A stretch of 62,404 bases of DNA, counting the filler, from Choristocarpus tenellus KU-1152 (taxonomy: Eukaryota > Protista > Phaeophyceae), in the NCBI GenBank assembly GCA_964200185.2. It is 11 parts of 11 records of this genome, joined end to end, with 100 filler letters (N's around TTAATTAATTAA, not from the genome) between each part and the next. Parts side by side here need not be neighbours in the genome. Positions count along the whole stretch, not along the records: positions 1 to 2,571 come from CAXNAD020026679.1; positions 2,672 to 11,170 come from CAXNAD020004646.1; positions 11,271 to 14,513 come from CAXNAD020021311.1; 8 more parts are not named here. One strand, 5' to 3'. This document shows positions 1 through 13,650 of this stretch, one piece after another (position 1 is the first letter of the stretch; every line of letters begins with the position of its first letter). The notes below the pieces were generated by a model. That model was not told where the DNA came from. It searched no databases and saw nothing but the letters and a program-made list of their open reading frames with translations. The translations under genes and the position numbers were made by a program.

Positions 1-229
1 ACACATGGAAGATCCGCTTTAGTCTCACGTCTTGACTGATGATGAAGTCCCATCTCGATGATGCTCATCACTCCTCAGTTTTGCACTGGTCCAACCTTAA
101 CCTCGTACCCTCGGTTACGGTTCGTCCTTATTCGTGTGGTCCGTCTTGCCCGGTGATTCTCTTCACCACCCTTGCCCGAGTGAACCACACCACCACAGAA
201 TCACACGATTCACCACATCGCCACAGAAT

Positions 230-1770
230 CACATATATTTACTTTATAGATTAAAAACAAAATTCACCCACAAGGATTTTCGCAGAGTCATCCTTAAACG
301 GATTATTGATGATCTCAAGAATAATTATCCAATCGAAGCCACCGATTTATCCCAGCCAATCAAAATGCTACAAAACCTGCATTGTACAAGAAGGAAACTT
401 ACAGTGATTTGGATAAATGGTAGATGCGCTTGTTTGCTAGCATGTCACACCCTTGCGCTGCCTCAGTCGAAACCCTGATCGTCAGGCAGAAACAGGGACT
501 ATATCGCCACAACAGGACTTCCATGCAAGAATAGGTAGCAAGCCAAACTTCACTTTTATACAGAGAGGTTATCAACCGTGTACTGACTGGCAGCCCTTGC
601 ACCGATGCTTCAACCTGTTTTAACCCAGAACTCCTTGCCCGCTGTCTGTGCAGCCTAAATTACCGAACCTTCTTCCGTTCCCAGCAAACACATTACCTCG
701 TTCGTTCCCAAAGAGCAAGGCATCAAAACCCGTTCGACCAGTCACATCCGTTCCCCAGCCTGTGCTTTGACCCCCACTTGCTCTACCCACAGACAAGGCG
801 AGCAATAGAAGTCGGCACGATTCGGGAAAAGGCTTACCTCCATCATCTTCCTCCCAGGACGAAGTCGATACATGACTAAAGGCACACCGAGTATGTTTTC
901 ATCATGCCTGTAGTCAAGACTGCTTTACGCCCATAACTGACGAGTGCAGGTATATATAAAACGACTCGTTAGTTCCCAGGGGTATCCTCCCATACCTTTC
1001 GTTGACCCACCGAGGACCTCCAAGTACTCAATCCACTGCTGAGTCTCGTACCATGGTAGCCTTAATAGAAACGAATCTCCGATACCTAGCAGCGATGCAA
1101 GACTCGAAACTTCCTCCACTATTCGCGAGAAGCCCAACCGATTCGGACGCTGCAGAGTCGTCCTGAAGTTACACCATGGAGTCTGAGTTTCCAGTCATGT
1201 CATTCCAACTATAGACACTTAGACTTTCGTTTCCACCTCTATAATATTCACCATGACACCGGCCTATGGTACTACTCAAGTATCGACATATGCCCTGCTA
1301 TGTCACCCACACAGAGTCCACTCGAGAATGCTTGTCCAGGTACTCCTTGACACAGGTGCAGGTCTCATCTATTTTTGAGAAAATTGCTTACCACAGCTCA
1401 ACATGGCAGGCAAAGGTACCTTAAATGCAGCAAACCCCAGAGGGTGCAATATTCTACCAATGCTGGTACTAAGGTCATGCAAACTTCTAATAGCGTTTTT
1501 CCAAGAGGAAAAAGTGCGCAGTATGGCTTTTAGGATAATGGTGGGGCTACCTTACGAAATTATTGGAGCAACATTTTGTAGAGGGAACTGTCAATTAGAG
1601 AAGGTCAATGCTCCCAACCATCACCACTGTCACCATGGGTACCTTTTGTCAAGATTCCAACACTCAGATCATCGAGCAGCAATGATGTACCCTTGTCAGA
1701 CCTTAGCAAATGGCATTGTAGGACAAAGGAAAGTTCTAAGATGGATATTTGTCAGACTAGGTAACTAAAC
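230..1770 (+). mobile_element. Degenerate Ty3/gypsy-like gag-protease remnant
   Basis: Aspartic protease motif LVQVLLDTGAG at ~1331-1365, followed after a stop/frameshift by LNAANPRG and later LPYEIIGATF, the usual retropepsin layout. Many stops; boundaries approximate. Confidence 0.55.
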
Positions 1771-2515
1771 AGAAGAAATGAACAGCTTTACCTTACTGCA
1801 GTTGAATGTTTATCATGCCTTCTAGGACCTTCACAGTCCTATCACAAGACCATGCCCAACTAATATTCCCACCCAAGAACAATTCTTGCCCTGAGAGGAT
1901 GTGTTACACCTCTTCCCTATTGGTACTTGAGTCAAACATTGTGGAAGGATGAAAGTTGAAGACACCGGTAGGATAGGGTCCAGTTTTTGAGTTCAAGTCA
2001 CCCCACTGGAGGGTATGGTTGAAGGATGGAGGTAAGGAGGAATTCAGCAAGAGAGAGATGAGGGCCTCCTCCAGAAAGCCTCCCAGCCGGTTACAACTGT
2101 ATGCCTGAAGAACAAGGTGAGGTCAAGCCGGTACATGCTAGAACAAGAGATTAAAGCAGCGAAAATCATAGCCACTGAAAGGAACATTAGACAGCAGAAT
2201 TAAAAATAAAGCTGCCCACATTAGACCACACATTAATATACATCGGTTGTATAGGCTGAAGTCCTTAGAAAATACACTGAACTCACTATATTATTTTATT
2301 TTATTTATTTTCCTCTTTTCTATGTTGTAACAACTCTCTGTGATCTTGATATTTTTTACATCTTCTATATCTCACTTATGTTTTTCTAATGTTTATCTAT
2401 TTTTAGTTCTCATCCCATCATCCCCTTATTTTAATTTCATTTTCCTTTTTTTCATAGCTGTCACTCTCCTTATTTACTGACTTTTTCTTTTTTTTTTTCT
2501 TACTTTTTTGTTGTT

Positions 2516-2571
2516 GAGCGAAAGTATCTTAGAGGGTACGAGTTTTGCCCTGTTTGTCCATTTGGGGCTTG
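2516..2571 (+). mobile_element. Sola2-like MITE, one end only (truncated by contig end)
   Basis: GAGCGAAAGTATCTTAGAGGGTACGAG...TGTCCATTTGGGGCTTG matches the end of the full copies. Confidence 0.85.
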
Positions 2572-2671
2572 NNNNNNNNNNNNNNNNNNNNNNNNNNNNN
2601 NNNNNNNNNNNNNNNTTAATTAATTAANNNNNNNNNNNNNNNNNNNNNNNNNNNNNNNNNNNNNNNNNNNN
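2572..2671. other. Artificial contig linker (N44-TTAATTAATTAA-N44); the same linker recurs at 11171-11270, 14514-14613, 21544-21643, 34235-34334, 37518-37617, 40520-40619, 47660-47759, 50581-50680 and 59443-59542
   Basis: Identical 100-bp N blocks with a central 12-mer that places stop codons in all six frames. Adjacency across linkers has no biological meaning. Confidence 0.98.
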
Positions 2672-5600
2672 GGTTTCGGGGGTGGGGGTGGGGGGGGAGG
2701 GGGGGCAGGGGAAAGTACCATTGCTCCTGTTATGCTAAAAATCTACTGTTCTTTCTTGTTCTCGGCCAAATTCTGCTAAGCTCAATGATTATGTGGCAGC
2801 ATATCCTTAAATCTTTGCACTTGGCGAATGACGCCATATACAGATCCTACCCTCACTCTACTAGGTGGACATGGCAGTTTCATCTTGTCACCCAGGCAAC
2901 GGAACATGAATTGCTGGGTACCAATTGGTGGCAGGACGATTCCATATTTGTACACTCCAACACCTCCTAGACTTGTCCTGGTTTGTCTACTTTCCCATGG
3001 TAGTAGTAGTGGATCGACCTGTCGTTGTTGTCCTTGATGGAATGTCTGAGTAACGATTCCTAAAGTGATGATAACATCTAGCCTACCTACCAAACTTTAA
3101 ACTCACACCCACTTCTCTCCTCTGTCATAAATCTTGCCTCACAACATGGAGTTTGTTGCCCATGCCATTCCTCTCTTTGCTTCTCTTGAAGGTGCACCCC
3201 CCTTGCTCGTTTCTGGTCTTGGAGCAATCTGAGTTGAATATGCCAGGAATAGACCACTGCCTGTGGAGATTCCTGGATGCTCATCCACTCGACTTCAAAG
3301 TCCCTCAGGAGCAGAAGAATCACACAGGGAACGATGGGAGTTGGATGCAGGTGAAGAGAAGTAAAATGCCCTGTTCTGTACTATGTCCTATGATTTGACC
3401 AGGGGCTTTCTCTGTATTGCATGTCCATAAAAGACAAACCCATGTGAACATTCCCTCAATAGAATCATGGACCATGATGTACTGAACGCCAAGGCGCATA
3501 AAGAGCCCCCTGACCAACACGGCATGTTACATTGGAGAGTAATGATTTAGATGCTAATGGTACGTATGGAACAAAATTCTGTTCAACCTATGCCAAGCAA
3601 ATATCCTCTGGTGATCAAAGGTACTGAACCTGGCAAGGAATGTTGAAGTGTTCTCACCCTACAGTCGCAGGCCTCTTGATGTCTTTTTTGCTGAGGAGCA
3701 AATGTCTTCTATATTCATGGGGTCGTCACTAGTACCTCTCAAGGGTCAGTATTTGGCTGTTTTGAAAGTGGGGCACGTTTTGTCTTTGCATTTCTTTTTT
3801 TGATGTGAGGTTGCTATCTAAAGACTGATCGTTTTTTCAGTCCACTACAGTATTTCTTGAGCTTGGGGACGAGAGAAATTTTATGTGTTCCAACACAAAA
3901 TGAAGGTATTGTATTTTTACCACTTGACAATATGAAGTTGAATTATTTCCAAAGTAAGATGCCGTGATTGCAAAGATGCTGCTTCGGCAATCTCTCCCAC
4001 ACTTGCGATCCACAGAACTAAATTACGAGCTTGATAGTACTTTTTGTGCATTGCAGTCATTCTTTATGTTTTCCCTCTATTGATCAACGTTTCATTTCTT
4101 GCCTCAAAATGAGATCATGAATCATGCGTCTCATATACTCTCCTCTACCACTGAAGTACCAAGAATCTACCTGCTGTATTGATAGGCACACATCTACAAG
4201 GATAAAGACCCCATCAACAACAAAACGGTGGCTATGCTCAAGGAGATGTATTCCCCTTTTGTCAAGCGGTTGAAGATGCTCCTGGGAAGAGACTTCCCAT
4301 CTTGGGGGTACTGATATCTCAACACAGATTTTTACAACTTCAAACAAAAATATAACTTGCCTAGAGAAGTATTAAATCCCTACAGTGATGCAATGTGCGC
4401 AATTTATGCCTATAAATGTGTAAATTTTATGGGGCCTAGGTTGGTCCTGCTCTAGTGAAGACGCACTCTTGAGTGCTCTCTACTGTATCGGTCATCGGTG
4501 GGATTTATGTGATTGTTGTTGTCCACATGCACCCAGCTAGTTGCTAGGGCTGAGGCAGACTTACAAAAGTGGAAGCATTTTGATATGTGTATTTTTGGTG
4601 AACTCGAGATACCTTAGGGTGAAATACCAACTCATCAGTGTTATACTGCTTGTTGTGTTATGCTATGGGAAATGGCATAGATACAGGCATAGATTGAACT
4701 GTGTTTTGTTTTTCCCACTGTATTTATGTCAGAAACCCATAGGATTAGTGCATACTATTTTACTTTTTTCATACTTTGCTATTATGACACTGTATTTTTC
4801 CATGTTAGAGGAGTCTCCAATGATGTTGCTGACATTCATTTTGTCACAACATCGACTTCAAGGTCTAATATATTTCTTCGTAATGATCATCTTCAACAGG
4901 AACATTTGTCATCCTGAGTGTTACGCTTAGATTATGTATGTCATTTACCCATTTCTTGGGTTGTAGGACTAAAATGGATAACTCCACAACACCCTACGTT
5001 TCCTGCAATCCACAGTCTCGTACTCCATTAGTTTGGAACGAGTGATTGTTACCGACCTAGGTTCCTCGCTTGTTGGAATTGTTTTCGGGTACAGGTGTTA
5101 GAATACTTTACTGCTGGCTTTGGTTGTGATATATCCAACACACCAGTCAGCCAATGTTGACTATACAGCAATAATGCATAGTACCTCCTACTATGACTTA
5201 CATCCCTCATACTCTTGACCAAACAATTTTTTGGGCCTACCGCAGGTACAGGGTGCGTTTCCATCTCTTCAAAGGTTTCATTCTCTACAGGTACTGACTG
5301 CAATATATTCGTTCTTTATATCATTGTTATAAGATTGGATGCAGTACAGAATAATACTGGACTACTATGCTGTAACTACTGCAGCAGAAAACGTTGTGAG
5401 CAAGAGCTCCTGGCTCAACATCTGAAAGGAAAAGATTAACATAGGAACAAGCTGATGAGCATGAGTCAGTGGACATGGACTCATCGAGTAACACGTCAAT
5501 CTCGTCTCACAATCTAACAATTGCCAATTGTAGACGAGGTTCCTCCCTTCTTCCCTCACAGATTGTCATGTTCGTACAGGAACCCTGTTGTCGACTTTTG

Positions 5601-6284
5601 AACATCGTGTCAGCTCAGGCGACTGTGACACTCATCAGAACCTTTTCCAGCACAGTCCTATCCCGCCTCTAAGTTCCACTGCTTGTGATCCGGCCGTTTC
5701 ACAAGTTCAGTTCGGAGATGCTTTTCCAGCATTCTTTCCGCACCACATGAACGAATGCGCAAGATCAAACACTGTGCCAACCGAATGACTTCAGGATCTG
5801 TTGAAGCTTCCAGTTCGGGGAAATTTCATTGATCAAGTAAGACCTGTTGAACAGAGTAGCGATGTCTCGCACCTACAAAACCAATGTAAGAAAGGAGTCG
5901 TTTTAGATATTCCACTCGGAAATCTGACTTGTCAAAATGGCATGCTGCAATCACTCTGCATTCTGGTCAGTAGGGTCCTGCATCCCCTCAAACGATTAAT
6001 GCTCGTTGTGTAGAATCTTTCCCGAAAATTCTTCAAGGACCCACCGAAACATTCTATTTTCAGGTGTTGGCTGGTACAATAGAATGGCGTTCAACAACTG
6101 ATTTGGGGAGATCGCAATCGTTCCTTGACACCCCTGTGTTCCTATTACACTTCCAAAGACATGGGAAGATGTACAGAAGGCCTTGATTAACACACTCACT
6201 CACCCATGCTGTAAGTGTATTAGCTCGTAGACTAACATCCTTGAAACAGGAAGAGACTGAGTCTGTGGATAAATTAACTCTACA

Positions 6285-7650
6285 TTGCACAACAGCAATG
6301 AATCGTTTCTTGGAGGAAGTTCGTTGAACAAAACCCCATCAGACTCTGATGACACAACAACCGTACTTGTTGAGCAACTAAAAACAACCCTGACAGAAGA
6401 CGGCTTACTCCCCGTGATTTGTCTTGAGCAGATTCGGGAAGAACCTGCCGCCACATTTGCCCAAGCTCATGACCATACCAAACGGCATAATGCCAACAAT
6501 CTGTCCGCCAATAATCCCACCCCCACAACTTACACTAGTGCTGTGATCCACAACTCAACTTTCGTCATGGAGAGGTTTCTCGTGCAGATTTTGTATAACT
6601 AAACGAGAAATCAACATCTCCGCACAGAGGTGGAGCGTCACCAAGTAGGGGAGGCAAACCTCAACAGATCATCAGCTCGTTTGTTGACACATCCACTTGT
6701 GACAACCCGTCCGGCTGACAGACCATCATCACCAACCTTGGATCTTCTGCACCATGCAGAGACCCCGCTACACCCCATTATCATGTTGATGTACACCAAA
6801 GCAGTGTATTCCAATGCCCTGGTTGTCAGGAGAAAACTCATGAGGGTCACTCAACCCATTCATGCCTAGTCAACCCAAACGGTGCTAGTAGGTCATACCT
6901 ACATCGTAGAGGGAGAGGTCATGGATATTGCGGTCGCGAAGATAGTTCCCTGTCACTATACTCCTCACTCCTAGGGGTGCCGAGGAGGATTTGACTCCAA
7001 TACATTTGGGAATGAGCAAGGTGTCATTGACACTATAGTAGGGAGTGACAAGTGTTGGAGATTGACACCAGTCACACCTCTTGCTCCCCAACAAGAGGTT
7101 ATTGCCTGCACGCGAGTCGCTGAGCTTTTTTCTATACCCTTAGTTCAATCAAACTCGTATGATAATAACCAAATTTGGTTTAATAGTGTGAAGCAGGCCC
7201 GAGGTGCAATACTTGATGGGCAAGAACTATGCTCTTGTTCCACAACAGCTTGTGTACCATTCCAGCCAGACATCACATGACAAGCAGCCCCACACTACAA
7301 GTACGTGATACAAATACCACTCCTTCATGCTCTGTAGTGAGTGTGCAACATGATTTTGACCCTGTACCTGTTCGTGTACATAGATAATACAACGTACCAG
7401 CTGGTCATGAAATCATCGTATGTTGCACAACTACCTGGTCTCTTAATACTGCCGTTGTAGTGGAGCTGGTGATGGGTTCTATGCCTGATGTAGTGCTATA
7501 GCACGTTCCAATGGCTTGTCTCCACAGGATGCATAGCTCCAATCCACAGGCCTTTAGATGACGCTGATGCTCGTACAAGGCTCCAGGATACTCAGACAGT
7601 CAACAGGTCCAATGCACAAGTCGTCAAGTATGCTGGATCTCTCACTTGGA
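6285..7650 (+). mobile_element. Probable LTR-retrotransposon (gypsy-like) debris
   Basis: Broken coding-like frames, e.g. VRVHR*YNVPAGHEIIVCCTT near 7370-7435, resembling the post-protease segment of gypsy pol. No decisive catalytic motif. Confidence 0.25.
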
Positions 7651-7949
7651 TTATTCCCTTCATAAATATAAGAATCATCACAAAAGGAACTGGCAACGAT
7701 AATCCACCTGAGGGCATGATAATAACTAAATAATAAATGAATAGTTAAGTATAAATATATTAAATCTAGGACTTCAAGGTCATAATGGTGTTTATGAAAC
7801 TGCCATCAAGACATATCGCCTGTAACGTGCCCCCCTAGCATGAAGCATAACTGCTTCAATACGATGAACAGGGGATTGGACAAGGAAATATAATGTCACT
7901 TCTTATCCTATCATGAACATAGCAGGATTGAAGTGAACGTCACTTCCAG

Positions 7950-8210
7950 GAGCCAAAGTATCTGAGAGGGTACGATTTTTTCCCTGTTTGTCCATTTGGG
8001 GCTTGGCTTCCCACGCCTTTTTATGATGACATTTTAACTACCCCAAAATCTTTCCGAGTAGGTAAAATGTGGAAGTTTTGAAAAGGAGTGTCTGGAACAA
8101 GGATATTGGCATCTCCTAATAAACATGATAGCCAAAATTACATTAAAATTGCAACATTGGATTTTGACCCCCAAATGGACGCGGCCCTACCCTCTAAGAT
8201 ACTTTGGCTC
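7950..8210 (+). mobile_element. Sola2-like MITE, complete copy (261 bp)
   Basis: TIRs GAGCCAAAGTATCTGAGAGGGTA / TACCCTCTAAGATACTTTGGCTC; 4-bp TSD CCAG at 7946-7949 and 8211-8214. Confidence 0.92.
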
Positions 8211-8773
8211 CCAGGTCCTAACATATCAGCAGGCAGTGTTAGGGATTCAGTGGAGCAGGATACCTGCAGGAAAAAACCTCTTCCAACGTTTGCCCTGACA
8301 ACAGATATGTTAGAGTGACACTCGCACCTCACGGCACTCACTCTGTACTTGACTCAGCGTTCAAAAGAAAACGTCCTACACCAGAGTCTCACACACATGT
8401 CACAAGGAGGGTACTGCCTGTCTAAAAAGACTCCACCCCTTCTAAGCTAATAAACACAAATACAGATACAAAACCATCGTAGCACTTAGCTTACTGTCAT
8501 AGACTCTCCCCCTTCAGAAAAAAAAACACAGCAACTACAGGACACCAAGACAATGTCTCACGGTCACAAGAGAGATTGGTTGCTACCATGGAAAGGCTTA
8601 CCCTCCCGACGAAGTGTGAACACACAAAAATATACAAAGGTTTTCCAATAAAAAAAATAGGTAGCGTCTCAGCAAGTTTCTCCCTCTTCGCAACTATCAA
8701 CACAAACGAATACAGGCATAAAATCATAATAGCACTGAAATAGGGTAATGCCATAGACTGTCCCCCTTAACTA

Positions 8774-9510
8774 CTACCTCCGTGCCATAAGTCTGTGCCG
8801 TGTTGTCCATAACTTTTGAAGATGATGATGAGATTCATTTCTGAAAGAAAATTTGGAACCCTTGATGAAGTTCTGGTTAGGGTCAGCTCTTTTCATTATT
8901 ATTAATCCCCATCCATCACAATTTTATCAGTCACAGAAGAGGTCTCCATGTCTACCTTCCGCGCGTTTTCAAGCTCACCAGACAACTGCCTCTTCTTTAC
9001 CCCTGTGTGCTCCACATCGAAGTCATTCCCCTCTTTGTATCTAAGTACTTGATTGTATACCACAAAAAGGAGCTGCCAAGCCCTCTCAAGGGTGGTTTCA
9101 TCATACTCCTTATACTGCTTCTTAATGGCCTTCATCATCTCATCAACGGACCCAAACCGCTCCCCCATCACCCGACATTTCAAAGACCTGAAGAAGCACA
9201 GGTCCATGATATTAAGGTTGGGGGAGTTAGATGGCTGTATCACAAGCCTAATCGACCACCCCTCAGTTTTCCCTTCCCCTGACAAGATTTCTGAGTTGCC
9301 CTTGACCGTGTGTGGGGTGGCACCGTCTTGCTGAACAACAACGTGCTTCCCCTGCAACCAAAGCACCTTGGTCTTGATTGCAGGCAGTAACTCCTCCGTG
9401 TACCACTTCCAGCACCATAAATGGTCTAAAGTACAGTCCAGCTCATACACATCCCCCTTTTTATGGTTCTTGTTTGTTCTATTTGCCGTTTTTAGCGCAC
9501 TACCTCCACC
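8774..9510 (-). mobile_element. Mariner-like (plant/oomycete DD39D-type) transposon: C-terminal transposase remnant plus right TIR
   Basis: ORF 8902-9450(-) has VVVQQDGATPH and QPSNSPNLNIMDLCFFRSLK; upstream is RTNKNHKKG. TA|CTACCTCCGTGCCATAAG at 8772-8791 resembles the Stowaway/mariner TIR CTCCCTCCGT. Confidence 0.85.
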
Positions 9511-10217
9511 TGCTTCGCAACCTCTTTTAAATAGAAAATTTGGTGGTATCGAAAAGTCTCCGCAGCTGCCTTTGTTACGATCGTTTCTCCTCCCCCTTGC
9601 GAGCCCTTTTGACCTTCTTTCGGACTTCAGAGCCCTTGCAGCCTAACCCTAACACCTTATTTCTCGTTTCCTTAATCCACTCTGGCTTGCATAGCTTCCA
9701 AACAGCCAGGGCCTGCTGCAACTGTCGACTACTGAGGTATTCTACACCTGCGTTTTTGCTTGGGTGATTCCTGAGGACAATGGCACACAGTCGCACTGCT
9801 CTCTTCCTCAATCTTCCCTTCGGGCGGCCACCCCGGTCCTCCCTTCGCCCGCTGTGACCAGACTTCCCCACAGACTTCGTCACTGTACCACCTGGTGATG
9901 GACTCGCCGCTCTCTTCCTGCTTTCCCGAGGTGGCAGAGACCGCAAAGCAGTGCTCCGCATCAGTTGAAGATCCAACCATGTTTGTGTGGTAATGCTTCC
10001 AATGAATCTTCTCTCAGCATCAGCATCGTGGCCCTATGATCCATTTCGCGATTTGATCATGTTGCTGCGCCACACTACTCGCACTTTCTTGTCACCTAAC
10101 AGCGCACTGAGTGTCACATGGTACTTGCTTTTCCGTCGTCTCTTGGCAGAGAAGGTGCTGAGGGTAGATCCAGGGGGAAGATTAGCCTCGGCGGCTCTCC
10201 TTGTCTCACACTCATGG

Positions 10218-10472
10218 TGTTGAAAAGCTTGGCGCATATAAGGCTCGTCGCCGAAAGCTAGTAGTTGAATTACATGGTAAAACATACACGGAATTATTAA
10301 TTGCCCGCCAGCCATCCATCATCTCTGATGTATGAATGAATGTTGACTTCTTATATTTTTATGCACGTTCGTACTTTGTATCATACCTAACTAATTATAT
10401 TCGTACGTATAACTTATGTTATATACTTGTGTCAGCACAAATAACATAAGGATAACACTAGGTTATTCGACA
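10218..10472 (-). mobile_element. Solo LTR of the copia family at 21947-27539
   Basis: 255 bp, TG...CA ends, the reverse complement aligns along the full length of both copia LTRs; perfect 5-bp TSD CATGG at 10213-10217 and 10473-10477. Confidence 0.93.
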
Positions 10473-11610
10473 CATGGATCATGTCCCTGTGTAAGTCATG
10501 CGTGTGCGTAAAAGGCGTTAAAAAATGTCCCGATAAAAAAATGTCCAGAATCTTGGAGTTTTTGTCAGTTTTTTTTTCGGTACAGCCACACCGGGCAAAC
10601 TTGGCAAGCGACGTACCCCGGACCACCAGTTATTTGCAAGGAGTTCAGCCAACTACTTCATTTTTGTCTGGTTGAAGTCGGGACCTTCAAAATTGCGCCG
10701 AAGATATTCCCCCTCGTTTTTTCCTTTCTTTGATCGGGAAATAGCTCCTGCTCCTTGAAGCCTGGACACTCGTGGATACAAACGTTCGAAAGCTCTTGCC
10801 ATACCCTTTCATTTGATATATCTAGTGTTGTATATCTGTTGTGGCGTTCGGGTGAAAAAAAGCAGAAACGCTACAGAGGGCGAAGCTACTGGTACAACCT
10901 TACTCTTTTTGCAAGAAAGGTTTGATGTACCAACCAATAATTGTATGTAATCTCTGACTCCAGATTCACTTTACTACTGTTTTTATTCAAATACTGTACA
11001 TCTTTCAACCCTGTCTCCTCTTTTTCCTGGCCAATATTATTTATTATCAAGCAACGTTTGAACAGGACCCCTAATAGTGGTTAAATAACTGATTAAACAG
11101 GGGATTTTCAAAATTGGGGATGGAGCGGGACTACGAGGATGGTTGTTTTGCGAAAACGGTCTTAAAAAAGNNNNNNNNNNNNNNNNNNNNNNNNNNNNNN
11201 NNNNNNNNNNNNNNTTAATTAATTAANNNNNNNNNNNNNNNNNNNNNNNNNNNNNNNNNNNNNNNNNNNNTTTTTTGGGTGTTTTGATAATTTTGTTTTT
11301 TTTTTTTTTTTAAATTTTTTGTCTGTCCCCCCCCCCCCCCCTCCCCCCATTTGCCATATGCCTGAAGTGCAGCTAATTAGTTCCCCGTTAGTGTTAGGAT
11401 TAGGGGTTAGGATTAGGATAGGGTTAGGTTTGTAGCTGGAGGAGTCTGCGTTCGCTACTTCTTCTGTAGAAGAGAAGACAGGTGTTTTTGTCTAAGGAAA
11501 GCGGTGTAAACGCCCTCTAGTTTTCCGGAAACACATGCGCAGGAAATCGGTTACAATTTGACCCTCCTCTGGGATAGAAGGGATACTCTCTTTTTGTTAT
11601 GTGAATGAAG

Positions 11611-11636
11611 GTTAGGGTTAGGGTTAGGGTTAGGGT
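11611..11636 (+). repeat. Interstitial telomeric repeat (TTAGGG)4
   Basis: GTTAGGGTTAGGGTTAGGGTTAGGGT; a degenerate tract also lies at ~11393-11428. Confidence 0.9.
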
Positions 11637-12287
11637 GTATGTGTACTTCTGCGTACTGTGTTATTTTATTACTGTATTATGGGTGACTGTTGTGTTGGAA
11701 AATGTGAAAGCATTGTCGGTTAGTATTGTGAGATGTTTTGATGGATCATGACTCGGTACTTTACATTGGACCTTTTGACAGTTACGGAGGACCCTTCTGA
11801 ACAGGGGGAAGCGCTTGGGGTGGTTCGAATTTGACTTTTTAGTGTGGATTGTTTCTGTAGTGGTTTGAAGACATGGTTTGAAGACATGGCCCAAGTGTTC
11901 TATTAGGTTGATGTACGTGTTGGTAGTGGAAGGAAGGCGTGGGTGAGTGTGGATAGGTCAACTCGTTTCTTACGGCATACTGGGGAAAACATGATTCTGG
12001 TTTGTTCTGGTGTCTTGTGAAGGGCTGTGTTACGACCAAGTACTGATATGCTAGCATTAGTGGTGGCATTTTGTGAGAGCATCCCGTCCATGTATGTACA
12101 AGTGGGGGTTCTTGAGGATCCAGGCATGTTTGTAGGGGCAATTTTCTGGTGTTTTTTTTTTCTTTCTCTAATTATCCCAAAGAGTTAAAGGGGTACTTTT
12201 TTGTGTCCTGGTGAGTTGTTCCATGGTTTAGGTATTGTACCTGTTTTTGGCTAATGTAGTTGATAGGAAATTGATGAGAGATTAGTA

Positions 12288-12466
12288 GGAGATGAATAGG
12301 AGATTAACAGGAGATTAACAGGAGATCAACAGGAGATTAAAACAGGAGATTAAGAGACCGCTGAGAGATGATGTGATTAAGAGACCGCTGAGAGATGATA
12401 TGATTAAGAGACCACTGAGAGATGATGTGATTAAGAGACCGCTGAGAGATGATGTGATTAAGAGAC
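12288..12466 (+). repeat. Compound minisatellite: ~11-bp GGAGATTAACA units, then four and a half 27-bp GATTAAGAGACCGCTGAGAGATGATGT units
   Basis: 27-bp period starting at 12348, 12375, 12402, 12429 and 12456. Confidence 0.9.
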
Positions 12467-13524
12467 GCGATTCTCGTGGTACTTGTATAGTATATGTACA
12501 GCAGGTGGTATGATGTGCAAGTATAGTTTCATTTGAGGGTGCGGAGTGTCCTGGTTTTTCATGCTAGCAATGTCCTAGTCACATGATTTTTTTTTTTTAC
12601 ACACTTATCCATTTTTTTTTCTTTGTAGGATATTGGGCTCTAGAGTAGTGCAAGTATGTTTTTGACTTGAACACTTTAGCGGCGGAATCATAGGCCTGAT
12701 GAATATTGTGTTGACGTATTATTCAAATAATAGGTTGATATCAGTGAATAGGTTTGTAGGGTTAGAAGATTTGGTCAGATGACTCGGCATAATTTTAGTC
12801 TTAGTAATAGTATTAGTATTTTTTTTGTATTAGTACTTGTAATTGTATTTGTATTAATGTTAATAGTAGTAGTAGTATTAACATCATGTACTGCACAAAG
12901 TTCAGACTGATTTTGACAAATATTGATGTCAGTTCTCCAATGGGGCAGACAGTTACGGCCTTGCGACTATCTGTCCTGGTGGAGTAGTGGTATCTCAATG
13001 TTTGACAAAAAGGTTTATTCTCTCTGATGTTTGTTTGGACGTTTTATTACTGTTTTATTTTTATTTTATTGGTTCAGTCTGAGATTGTTTATCTAGTGAT
13101 GACAACTAGATTGACCCGTGGTCAGAGGACACCATACATTGTACTAGTTGTCATCAGTTGTCGTGGTAACTACCTCTAAAGCAAGAACTATTTTTTTTTA
13201 CCAACATCTGTAACAATTGCATTGTAAAAAATTGTATTGTAACTATTATAACTATTATTATTATTATTATTGTTATTGTTATTGTTATTGTTCATGCTAC
13301 CCCTTGACATTTCTTGCTGGTTGGGTTGAGCCACTTCACTGGTCGTGGGTCTGCCTCCTCACTCAAATCTAGTGAATACTTGCTTCCCTGCAATGGAGAG
13401 CCTTGACGCCACAGTGAAGTTTATTCAGATTTTTTTTGTGGTTTAGTGACAGACAGGAGGGTATAGGTGTAACTGTAGTCTGTGCTTTCCATGTAGCCCA
13501 TCGAATCGGATTTTATTGAGAAAA

Positions 13525-13650
13525 AAAGACTCAACTTCTATTAGGTTTGAACTTGAGTGTTCCAACAAAGACTCAACTTCTATTAGGTTTGAACTTGAGT
13601 GTTCCAACAAAGACTCAACTTCTATTTGGTTTGAACTTGAGTATTCCAAC
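13525..13650 (+). repeat. Tandem repeat, 3 x 42 bp
   Basis: AAAGACTCAACTTCTATTAGGTTTGAACTTGAGTGTTCCAAC head-to-tail with no spacers. Confidence 0.92.

Noticed and set aside
8088-8341. Recurring small ORFs containing PQMDAALPSKIL or QSILEGRAASIWG (also near 16606, 23000, 23142, 24581)
   Set aside because: Chance translations of the non-coding MITE, not a protein family.
12348-12466. 27-bp repeats as CRISPR or iterons
   Set aside because: Contiguous minisatellite without spacers.
13525-13650. 42-bp repeats as a CRISPR array
   Set aside because: Head-to-tail units with no unique spacers, no cas genes, eukaryotic context.
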